Below are positions 35,901-47,900 of a stretch of DNA of 64,000 nucleotides, piece by piece; position 1 is the first letter of the stretch, and each line of letters begins with the position of its first letter. Made by a program: the position numbers and the translations under genes. Source of the stretch: Laetmonice hystrix (lineage: Eukaryota); contig OZ249438.1 in assembly GCA_965235115.1 (NCBI GenBank), positions 40,920,001-40,984,000 on the forward strand, in the 5' to 3' direction. The notes under the pieces were generated by a model that saw only the letters and a program-made list of their open reading frames with translations, did no database searches and was not told the DNA's origin.

Positions 35901-38900
35901 AACGTATGGAATGACGTCATCAGAGGGCGAGTACAGCATAGCCTGGTCCACAGCTCTATATTGACTTCGTATATTGAGCCTGGTGAAGGCTAATCGAAGC
36001 GAGCATTGTGATTGGCCCATCGAAAACATGGACGCAAACGAGGTAATTCCGTACCCTCCGTATTTCTCCAACAAGATACAGATATTTTCGTCAATCCCTT
36101 TAAAATACAAGTGTTAGGCCTAAATGTCCTCGCTTTTCTGGATGTAAACATAGCGTCATCGGTCCCCACACCTGCTACGGTCTGCATACGCATGGGCATG
36201 TTGGCCACTCCCGGCCACACTCCAAGCAGAAGTCGGTCACTCTGTTAACGCTGACCAATGGAACGGAAGCGGAAGTGCTTGGAGTTTAATCACTTGCGTT
36301 TCGTAGCTTTCTGTTAGCCAGCACCTGGCCTAACATAGCGGATGCGTATGGTAGGCACAGGGGACCAGGCTAGCACCTGGCCTAACATAGCGGATACGTA
36401 TGGTAGGCACAGGGGACCAGGCTAAGTAGAGCACGGATGGCATTTCCCATGGTCACTGGATTGTCTTAATGAGGACCCTATTCCCAGAGCTTCCCGCCCG
36501 TGATATAGTGTGACAATTCACTGGACTCTAAAATAATATTGATTTCCCTTGTCACACTGTTAGGGCTGACCGTACATGTGTGTGTCCCAATGAGGCCAAA
36601 CTGGGCCGCCGTGTGGCGCCATGGAGGCAGGCACACAATGGAATCAACGAGCATGTAATAGTCACAACCCAGTTCATATCATACCACTTGGCAAACACAG
36701 GCTGGACTTCAAGCTTTATTGCAGTCCCAGAGGTCCAAAGGGAAGAAAATAAATTTAAAATGTCGTCGGCATTAATCAAAGCCCATCTCCATCTAATCTG
36801 GCGCGGCACGTTGGCCCAAGGGAATATCTTCTCTCCGTAAGGCGTCTGTCCGATCTTAAAAACACAGAAACGCACTTCCACACGTGTGATTTACGTCGAA
36901 TGTCCTGGCTCTGGGTGCCAGATGTTTGGGATACCAAGTGTCCTGTCCGTGGGGTGCCAGATGTTTGGGATACCAAGTGTCCTGGCTCTGGGGTGCCAGA
37001 TGTTTGGGATACCAAGTGTCCTGGCTCTGGGGTGCCAGATGTTTGGGATACCAAGTGTCCTGTCCGTGGGGTGCCAGATGTTTGGGATACCAAGTGTCCT
37101 GGCTCTGGGGTGCCAGATGTTTGGGATACCAAGTGTCCTGGCTCTGGGGTGCCAGATGTTTGGGATACCAAGTGTCCTGGCTCTGGGGTGCCAAAAGTTT
37201 GGGATACCAAGTGTCCTGGCTCTGGGGTGCCAGATGTTTGGGATACCATGTGGCCTGTATCTGGGGTGCCAGGTGTTTGGGATACCAAGTGTCCTAGCTC
37301 TCGGTGCCAGATGTTTGGGATACCAAGTGTCCTGTCTCTGGGGTGCCAGATGTTTGGGATACCAAGTGTCCTGGCTCTGGGGTGCCATATGTTTGGGATA
37401 CCAAGTGTCCTGTCTCTGGGGTGCCAGATGTTTGGGATACCAAGTGCCCTGGCTCTGGGGTGCCAGATGTTTGAGATACCAAGTGTCCTGGCTCTGGGGT
37501 GCCAAAAGTTTGGGATACCAAGTGTCCTGTCTCTGGGGTGCCAGATGTTTGGGATACCAAGTGTCCTGGCTCTGGGGTGCCAGATGTTTGGGATACCAAG
37601 TGTCCTGTCTCTGGGGTGCCAGATGTTTGGGATACCAAGTGTCCTGGCTCTGGGGTGCCAGATGTTTGGGATACCAAGTGTCCTAGCTCTGGGTGCCAGA
37701 TGTTTGGGATACCAAGTGTCCTGTCTCTGGGGTGCCAGATGTTTGGGATACCAAGTGTCCTGTCTCTGGGGTGCCAGATGTTTGGGATACCAAGTGTCCT
37801 GGCTCTGGGGTGCCAGATGTTTGGGATACCAAGTGTCCTGTCTCTGGGGTGCCAGATGTTTGGGATACCAAGTGTCCTGGCTCTGGGGTGCCAGATGTTT
37901 GGGATACCAAGTGTCCTAGCTCTGGGTGCCAGATGTTTGGGATACCAAGTGTCCTGGCTCTGGGGTGCCAGATGTTTGGGATACCAAGTGTCCTGTCTCT
38001 GGGGTACCAGATGTTTGGGATACGATGACAGATAGCGCGAAGAAGTCGGAACTATGTATTAACTTCGATGTTATTAACGATGCCTGGCTCTATCATACTT
38101 AGCACATGTACCGTATGAATGGTCTGGTGTACAGGTCTAAAAAAATATTTGTGGAGACCAGTATAGCTGTATCATAATATCGGACTTGGAATCGACTGTT
38201 TATTTTACATTTGGTGCTGGCTATATTTACATTTATCGGTATTGGCAGGCCTATTATACCGGGAAGTTTTGAGTAAATAAATAATTGTTTTATCAGCTGT
38301 TACTAGTACCCGCATTATACTGACGGCGTCATGTACAACAAGCGCTCAGTCTATGTGTCTCCACCTTCCTGACGGAATCGGGTCTGTCCTGAATACAGGC
38401 AGACAATCTCAGCTGGCGCTACCAAACACGTGACAAGACTACTAGCGTCAGCCAGCCCTGTGCTGTCACACTCTGTCTCCAGTATTCCACTCACAAACAA
38501 CACTCCTCGCCAGTTTCATACAAAACTTTCAACAGCAAAAAGGTCTTTATGTCTGAGAGACTTGTAATCGAACCCCAAGGATGCCGGTTCTGAACAGATT
38601 CTAGCGTTGCCATAGCATTATTGGCATCTCATACATAACACACCTGAACTGACAGGTAAGAGCTAACATCAGTTGACCGCCATTGGAGCCAGCGCTGCCT
38701 ACCTACCTCCCAATGGGAGGCCCACGGCACGACGTGACTACCGCAGCAGGTAGAGTAGAACATTGATTCTGCTTGAATAATCTACCCCCACGGTGTTTCC
38801 AGACACCCCCCACGGTGTTTCCAGACACGTTGCTGATAAACTACGTTCACACCAGTTATGAAGGAAGACATACCATTATGTGTCATGTATCTGTACCCTC

Positions 38901-41900
38901 AATGGAAACACATCGTGTATGATGAATAGTTCATGAAAGCTTACAATATTGTATCAGTGGCGACTCGGCAGATGAGAAGCCCTTACAGAACCCACACATG
39001 TACGCGTACTTGAAAACATGAAAAACGCTATTACATAATTACATTATTCAAAACTGCGTCAAAATGCCAATTTCATACACTACTCGGACCGGCGTGTCGC
39101 GTGGTCGCCGCCAGAGGGCCTCCGTCAGATGAGGTCGTTCAAACGGTCGCATTGTCAGATCGGCGTGCGCCGTGGTCGCCACCAGAGGGCCTCCGTCAGA
39201 TGAGGTCGTTCAAACGGTCGCATTGTCAGAGTGTAGTCATGACGAACTAATGTAAACAGACTCGGCCATGAGATCGCCTCATAATGATAATTATAACAAG
39301 AAGTATAATGAAAACATCAAACATGATGGACGTGAGCAAGGTGATTCCGGGCAAATGGAGCCTTCAAATCAAACCGCCAATCATTAATTAGGGTCGCTAT
39401 ATAATTTCCAGTGGGTCAGCAAGGCTCTCCTGTGGAAATTGTTTGTTTCTCGTGTATGTAAATAGACCTTCTGCCATTCATGATCTTTCCCCAACAAGTT
39501 TCTGTTCGCCATCTGGTCATGATCCGTGTGTGATGATAATCCCAACCTGATTACCAAATCTTACAATAACAGTCCATGGAACTTTCGTTACAGATGCCAG
39601 ATACTGGAGCCAGACCAAGACATCAGCAAGTCGTGGCTTGTCATGCCAACTAATATTGACTGTTTCATAGCTCGGTCCAGGTTAAAGTGCTACAGACATC
39701 ACCTTTACTGATCTAGATAGATCACTGGGAGTTGTAGACGTATCCGGGATAGGTTTTTCTGATAAATTAACATTTGTAAAAATATTGACAATTTGAATCA
39801 CGCTGCCCGTGATGACGTAAGCACCAACTGGCGGGTGGACCCTGGAGGGAAGGCGACTGGCAGACAGATGGCCAGGAGAAACAGGTCATTTTGATCACGG
39901 ATTACAGACAGTTCACGTTGTTGTACAACAACCGTTCCTTTACAGAACAACGACAAATTACAAGTATTATTGGGATCTGGTACAAAATTTCATAATTGTG
40001 ATGTCTGTACCACTTTAAGCATGTTTGGGTTGTAAACTTGAAAGTAAAGACTGCTTCCTTGTTTTTCAGTACCTCAACCCGAGCACGACAGCTCAGATGG
40101 AGACATTGGCTGCTTTGGAGCTCTACTAAAATTTATCTCCTATATTGTCATCATTCTTACATTTCCCATAGCCATCTGCCTTTGTATCAAGGTAAGCCCA
40201 TACACTGTATATCTTTTAATAGTTCCTATACATATACACTCTGTGCCGGGAACAAACATCATTTGATAGTTTCCCGGAAACTGCCCGGTTTTTAAAAGAT
40301 CGTGTTGCTATCATAGCATGGATCATGTTACATAATAATTGCTTCTGGTCATGGACGCAGTTGGAAATTGTCGTGTTTTTGGTGGTCAGTGTGGGGTGGG
40401 TGTAAGCAGTGGGTGTGGGACTGTGGGGTGGGTGTGGGACTGTGGGGTGGGTGTGGGACTGTGGGGTGGGTGTGGGACTGTGGGGTGGGTGTGAGACTGT
40501 AGGGTGGGTGTGATCATGCAGTGGGTGTGGGACTGTGGGGTGGGTGTGAGACTGTGGGGTGGGTGTGAGACTAGGGTGGGTGTGAGACTGTGGGGTGGGT
40601 GTGATCATGCAGTGGGTGTGAGACTGTGGGGTGGGTGTGAGCAGTGGGTGTGGGACTGTGGGGTGGGTGTGATCATGCAGTGGGTGTGGGACTGTGGGGT
40701 GGGTGTGGGACTGTGGGGTGGGTGTGATCATGCAGTGGGTGTGAGACTGTGGGGTGGGTGTGATCATGCAGTGGGTGTGAGACTGTGGGGTGGGTGTGAT
40801 CATGCAGTGGGTGTGGGACTGTGGGGTGGGTGTGATCATGCAGTGGGTGTGGGACTGTGGGGTGGGTGTGAGCAGTGGGTGTGAGACTGTGGGGTGGGTG
40901 TGAGCAGTGGGTGTGGGACTGTGGGGTGGGTGTGATCATGCAGTGGGTGTGGGACTGTGGGGTGGGTGTGAGACTGTGGGGTGGGTGTGAGCAGTGGGTG
41001 TGGGACTGTGGGGTGGGTGTGAGCAGTGGGTGTGGGACTGTGGGGTGGGTGTGAGCAGTGGGTGTGGGACTGTGGGGTGGGTGTGAACAGTGGGTGTGGG
41101 ACTGTGGGGTGGGTGTGATCATGCAGTGGGTGAGGGACTGTGGGGTGGGTGTGAGCAGTGGGTGTGGGACTGTGGGGTGGGTGTGAGCAGTGGGTGTGAG
41201 ACTCTGGGGTGGGTGTGATCATGCAGTGGGTGTGGGACTGTGGGGTGGGTGTGATCATGCAGTGGGTGTGGGACTGTGGGGTGGGTGTGAGACTGTGGGG
41301 TGGGTGTGATCATGCAGTGGGTGTGAGACTGTGGGGTGGGTGTGATCATGCAGTGGGTGTGAGACTGTGGGGTGGGTGTGATCATGCAGTGGGTGTGAGA
41401 CTGTGGGGTGGGTGTGATCATGCAGTGGGTGTGAGACTGTGGGGTGGGTGTGATCATGCAGTGGGTGTGAGACTGTGGGGTGGGTGTGATCATGCAGTGG
41501 GTGTGAGACTGTGGGGTGGGTGTGATCATGCAGTGGGTGTGGGACTGTGGGGTGGGTGTGATCATGCAGTGGGTGTGGGACTGTGGGGTGGGTGTGGGAC
41601 TGTGTGGTGGGTGTGATCATGCAGTGGGTGTGAGACTGTGGGGTGGGTGTGAGCAGTGGGTGTGGGACTGTGGGGTGGGTGTGATCATGCAGTGGGTGTG
41701 GGACTGTGGGGTGGGTGTGAGCAGTGGGTGTGGGACTGTGGGGTGGGTGTGATCATGCAGTGGGTGTGAGACTGTGGGGTGGGTGTGGGACTGTGGGGTG
41801 GGTGTGAGACTGTGGGGTGGGTGTGGGACTGTGGGGTGGGTGTGAGACTGTGGGGTGGGTGTGGGACTGTGGGGTGGGTGTGAGCAGTGGGTGTGGGACT

Positions 41901-44900
41901 GTGGGGTGGGTGTGAGCAGTGGGTGTGGGACTGTGGGGTGGGTGTGATCATGCAGTGGGTGTGGGACTGTGGGGTGGGTGTGAGACTGTGGGGTGGGTGT
42001 GATCATGCAGTGGGTGTGGGACTGTGGGGTGGGTGTGATCATGCAGTGGGTGTGGGACTGTGGGGTGGGTGTGGGACTGTGGGGTGGGTGTGATCATGCA
42101 GTGGGTGTGAGACTGTGGGGTGGGTGTGAGCAGTGGGTGTGGGACTGTGGGGTGGGTGTGATCATGCAGTGGGTGTGGGACTGTGGGGTGGGTGTGAGCA
42201 GTGGGTGTGGGACTGTGGGGTGGGTGTGATCATGCAGTGGGTGTGAGACTGTGGGGTGGGTGTGGGACTGTGGGGTGGGTGTGAGACTGTGGGGTGGGTG
42301 TGGGACTGTGGGGTGGGTGTGAGACTGTGGGGTGGGTGTGGGACTGTGGGGTGGGTGTGAGCAGTGGGTGTGGGACTGTGGGGTGGGTGTGAGCAGTGGG
42401 TGTGGGACTGTGGGGTGGGTGTGATCATGCAGTGGGTGTGGGACTGTGGGGTGGGTGTGGGACTGTGGGGTGGGTGTGAGACTGTGGGGTGGGTGTGGGA
42501 CTGTGGGGTGGGTGTGGGACTGTGGGGTGGGTGTGATCATGCAGTGGGTGTGAGACTGTGGGGTGGGTGTGAGCAGTGGGTGTGGGACTGTGGGGTGGGT
42601 GTGATCATGCAGTGGGTGTGGGACTGTGGGGTGGGTGTGAGCAGTGGGTGTGGGACTGTGGGGTGGGTGTGATCATGCAGTGGGTGTGAGACTGTGGGGT
42701 GGGTGTGGGACTGTGGGGTGGGTGTGAGACTGTGGGGTGGGTGTGGGACTGTGGGGTGGGTGTGAGACTGTGGGGTGGGTGTGGGACTGTGGGGTGGGTG
42801 TGAGACTGTGGGGTGGGTGTGAGACTGTGGGGTGGGTGTGGGACTGTGGGGTGGGTGTGAGACTGTGGGGTGGGTGTGATCATGCAGTGGGTGTGGGACT
42901 GTGGGGTGGGTGTGAGACTGTGGGGTGGGTGTGAGACTGTGGGGTGGGTGTGGGACTGTGGGGTGGGTGTGGGACGGTGGGGTGGGTGAGGGACTGTGGG
43001 GTGGGTGTGGGACTGTGGGGTGGGTGTGGGACTGTGGGGTGGGTGTGATCATGCAGTGGGTGTGGGACTGTGGGGTGGGTGTGAGCAGTGGGTGTGGGAC
43101 TGTGGGGTGGGTGTGAGCAGTGGGTGTGGGACTGTGGGGTGGGTGTGATCATGCAGTGGGTGTGGGACTGTGGGGTGGGTGTGAGCAGTGGGTGTGGGAC
43201 TGTGGGGTGGGTGTGAGCAGTGGGTGTGGGACTGTGGGGTGGGTGTGAGCAGTGGGTGTGGGACTGTGGGGTGGGTGTGAGCAGTGGGTGTGGGACTGTG
43301 GGGTGGGTGTGGGACTGTGGGGTGGGTGTGAGCAGTGGGTGTGGGACTGTGGGGTGGGTGTGAGACTGTGGGGTGGGTGTGAGCAGTGGGTGTGGGACTG
43401 TGGGGTGGGTGTGAGACTGTGGGGTGGGTGTGAGCAGTGGGTGTGAGACTGTGGGGTGGGTGTGGGACTGTGGGGTGGGTGTGAGCAGTGGGTGTGGGAC
43501 TGTGGGGTGGGTGTGAACAGTGGGTGTGGGACTGTGGGGTGGGTGTGATCATGCAGTGGGTGAGGGACTGTGGGGTGGGTGTGAGCAGTGGGTGTGGGAC
43601 TGTGGGGTGGGTGTGAGACTGTGGGGTGGGTGTGAGCAGTGGGTGTGGGACTGTGGGGTGGGTGTGAGCAGTGGGTGTGGGACTGTGGGGTGGGTGTGAG
43701 CAGTGGGTGTGGGACTGTGGGGTGGGTGTGAGACTGTGGGGTGGGTGTGGGACTGTGGGGTGGGTGTGGGACTGTGGGGTGGGTGTGGGACTGTGGGGTG
43801 GGTGTGAGCAGTGGGTGTGGGACTGTGGGGTGGGTGTGAGCAGTGGGTGTGGGACTGTGGGGTGGGTGTGAGCAGTGGGTGTGGGACTGTGGGGTGGGTG
43901 TGAGCAGTGGGTGTGGGACTGTGGGGTGGGTGTGAGCAGTGGGTGTGGGACTGTGGGGTGGGTGTGAGCAGTGGGTGTGGGACTGTGGGGTGGGTGTGGG
44001 ACTGTGGGGTGGGTGTGATCATGCAGTGGGTGTGGGACTGTGGGGTGGGTGTGAGCAGTGGGTGTGGGACTGTGGGGTGGGTGTGAGCAGTGGGTGTGGG
44101 ACTGTGGGGTGGGTGTGGGTCTGTGGGGTGGGTGTGAACAGTCAGGACGGGACGTTGGGGTGGGTGTGAGCAGTGGGTGTGGGACTGTGGGGTGGGTGTG
44201 GGACTGTGGGGTGGGTGTGGGACTGTGGGGTGGGTGTGAACAGTCAGGACGGGACGTTGGGGTGGGTGTGAGCAGTGGTAAATCGTGTGAGGAAAATTGA
44301 GGTATCAATGATCAATGGAATTTTCACTATTCATGTGATTATTCAAGAACGAATTGTGTCTCCCTCTGCTCTTGTTGTGAAGTTAAAAATGTATGCATTT
44401 AACGCTGTCACGAAACGAAGCTGATCGTTTGAATACTGCGTGTTCGACATATTAAGAGCATTTTATAACCTGTCATGGTTAATGATGAGTGATCACGATT
44501 GTGATAGAGGCAATGTGGCTAGGATGATTTCTACTCTTGTCTCTCTGATGACCCGTGGAGAACAAAAAACTTGCAAACAAAGAAATAACTTCATTTGTAT
44601 TCATAAACATGACTCCTTCCGTTTGTTTGCCTTAGCGAGTGAGACTGTCGACTAACGGGGGCATGCGTGCTCATTGAAAGTAGACCTTTTCAATAGAAAA
44701 GTTTTGACAATCGGAAAAAATAGCTACAGCACATGTCAAACATGTAAACCCTACCAAAAAATAGACCTAGCACTTGCCTCCCCGCGGCCCCGCCCTCTGG
44801 CCACGTTTGGACAAGGATAGGTTTATGGAAAGCCATCGCTGTATTTGTGCACCCGATAACACGAGCGACCATCTCCTCTACCCCTCCCCCCCTCCCCGAG

Positions 44901-47900
44901 TGTCCTGAGGAGCCCCCCCCCCCTCGAGTGTCCTGAGGAGCCCCCCCCCTCGAGTGTCCTGAGGAGCCCCCCCCCCCCCCTCGAGTGTCCTGAGGAGCAA
45001 GCAGCCGTTCCCCTAGACGAGCACTGGTCGGAAGACTTATATAAGGAGCTACCAGATAGGCCTAACTATACCGGCAAACCTTCACTCGTGTTGATTACAA
45101 GTAGCAGGGGAAGGATAGCGTACATAGGTCTTATCTTTTAGAACACAGAGATCTTGCTGCATTACGAGAATCGCTTAATGCCGCACTACTCAATATCTGG
45201 ACAGTGCCGGAGTGAGCTGGGCGCGTCTGACATCCGGGGTCTGCCCATCGTGGCACCCTCTGTGTGTGTACGGACAGTGGCGCCACCTGTCGTCCTGAGA
45301 GCTCACTTCCGGTGGCCGAGGGCACAGATGGAGTGAGGCCTTGAAGAAATGTCGACCTACATCTCGTACTCGGCATGCTGCACTGCCCGGGTCGTCGGTA
45401 CATCACCTGTGATAACTTCAACCCCACGAAATCTGGTCGAAAGTAAAGATGCATAGCCCTGACCGTAGGCCCTATCCCTAGCCCCCAAACCCAGTCCCCA
45501 CACCTCCCAAAAACATATCCCTATCCTATCCCATCCCTATCCCTGACCTTGGCTTAGGTTAACCCAAACCCTGTCCCCCAAACATTGTGGGGAAGTTACC
45601 ATGGGGAAATAATCTGGAGTCATCCTCAGAGGGAATAAACAGCTCTTAGAATTGGGTTTTGTGGACTGGATATGATCCTTCCTGGTGATGGCGATCCAGG
45701 GTTAGAAGTCTGACCCTTTGCACCATCATTGTCCCAAAACACGGGCTATAGTGCTATCTGCCTATGCCTAGTGCCTAGCGCCTAGTGAGAGTAGTGTGCC
45801 AGAGAAGGGTTGAGAACCAGAGTGGTCTAACCCACAAATTGAAAATTAGAGATTACATCATAATTGTGAGAGATGTGGACAAGATATATCAGTGCCAGAG
45901 CGGCATAATGGCGGGCATTATAGCTATGAACACATTAGAAAGCATTATTTCTGTATTTTTTATTTTGTAAAAACTTTAACCTCAATTATCTAACAAAAAA
46001 TGGTCTGTGGGTTAGACCAGTCTGGCTCTCAGCCCTTCAACACCTTATTGAGAATTAATCATGTTGTCTTTGTATCAGTTTCGATTGTTCCAATGCACCG
46101 TCTGCAAGTCTGAAGCCCGATTGACAGAATAAGTTAAATATAGCGATTTGTAAACATCAGTATAGAGGACTAGCCTATTTGATTCGACAGACATCACCTT
46201 TCTGACAGATGGGCGTGCTATGGTAATGTTCATGGCAGCAATTGCCAGAGTTTCATGTCGGGAGGTCAAGTAGCTCGCACTGGGTGGAGAAAAACACCTC
46301 CAGCATCCAACATGTGCATCTCATCACTGTTAAGTAAAGTGCACTTGGACCAGCTGGCCAGCAGGGGGCACGTAGGCCCTATATACACACATCCCTTTTT
46401 CAATGGAGAATAATCAGGCCTACTTCGACAAAAATTATACACATATTACACGTGAAACATGCACCTTAATATGTATATTCGTTGAAAGCAACAGGTATTT
46501 TACATTGGAGGTAGATTTATGAATTTTTGATTTCTCGTTCCAACTAGCCTAAGTGAAATCACGTTTCAAATGGCTGCGTACTCTGACATTATTATGAGCG
46601 TATCCAGAGAGAAACGATACGGAGTAATGAGACTGCCTCCTGGCGGTAGAATTATTAAACAACAGTGAATCTATCGGTCTGTTTAATGTGGTTAACAGCA
46701 TGGCCTGGTCCTGTACGCCGGTAACTAAACAACCAGGTTGATTCCAGGCGTCGACCACATCATGTGGTTAACAGCATGAAAACATGGCCTGGTCCTGTAC
46801 GCCGGTAACTAAACAACCAGGTTGATTCCAGGCGTCGACCACATCATGTGGTTAACAGCATGAAAACATGGCCTGGTCCTGTACGCCGGTAACTAAACAA
46901 CCAGGTTGATTCCAGGTGTCGACCACATAATGTGGTTAACAGCAAGAAAACATGGCCTGGTCCTGTACGCCGGTAACTAAACAACCAGGTTGATTCCAGG
47001 TGTCGACCACATAATGTGGTTAACAGCATAAAAACATTTCCATTGCCCCCCCCTTTTTGGCTTCTGACAGTACTGGGTGATGTTTAATGTACAAGTTGAT
47101 GGAATGTAATGTACATCCTGGTGGTGTTTAATGTATGTTGATGGTATATGGATGCTGACAGCACTGGGTGGTGTTTAATGTACAAGTTGATGGAATGTAA
47201 TGTACATCCTGGTGGTGTTTAATGTATGTTGATGGTATATGGATGCTGACAGCACTGGGTGGTGTTTAATGTACAAGTTGATGGTATGTAATGAACATCC
47301 TGGTGGTGTTTAATTTATATGTTGAGGGTATGTAATGTACATCCCGGTAGTGTTTAATGTATGTTGATGGTATATGGATGCTGACAGCACTGGGTGGTGT
47401 TTAATGTACAAGTTGATGGTATGTAATGTACATCCCGGTGGTGTTTAATGTATGTTGATGGTATATGGATGCTGACAGCACTGGGTGGTGTTTAATGTAC
47501 AAGTTGATGGTATGTAATGTACATCCTGGTGGTGTTTAATGTATGTTGATGGTATATGGATGCTGACAGCACTGGGTGGTGTTTAATGTATGTTGATGGT
47601 ATATAGATGCTGACAGCACTGGGTGGTGTTTAATGTACAAGTTGATGGTATGTAATGTACATCCTGGTGGTGTTTAATGTATGTTGATGGTATATGGATG
47701 CTGACAGCACTGGGTGGTGTTTAATGTATGTTGATGGTATATAGATGCTGACAGCACTGGGTGGTGTTTAATGTATGTTGATGGTATATGGATGCTGACA
47801 GCACTGGGTGGTGTTTAATGTACAAGTTGATGGTATGTAATGTACATCCCGGTAGTGTTTAATGTATGTTGATGGTATATGGATGCTGACAGCACTGGGT

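Noticed and set aside
36250-36280. CCAAT plus tandem CGGAAG (ETS-like) motifs, and GGGGCGGAAGTATAAAA near 59530, as internal promoters
   Set aside because: No downstream ATG-plus-phase-1-donor exon or other gene was found, and the motifs are short and common.
38540-38661. Strong donor ACAG|gtaaga as a possible alternative first exon of stomatin 2
   Set aside because: The phase-1 frame has a TAG at 38613-15 with no ATG after it, and exon 2 has no in-frame ATG to rescue a non-coding first exon.
40390-44277. CRISPR-like repeat/spacer appearance in arrays with variable modules (also 47066-48800)
   Set aside because: The 'spacers' are a few recurring variants rather than unique sequences. There are no cas genes and the context is a spliced eukaryotic gene.
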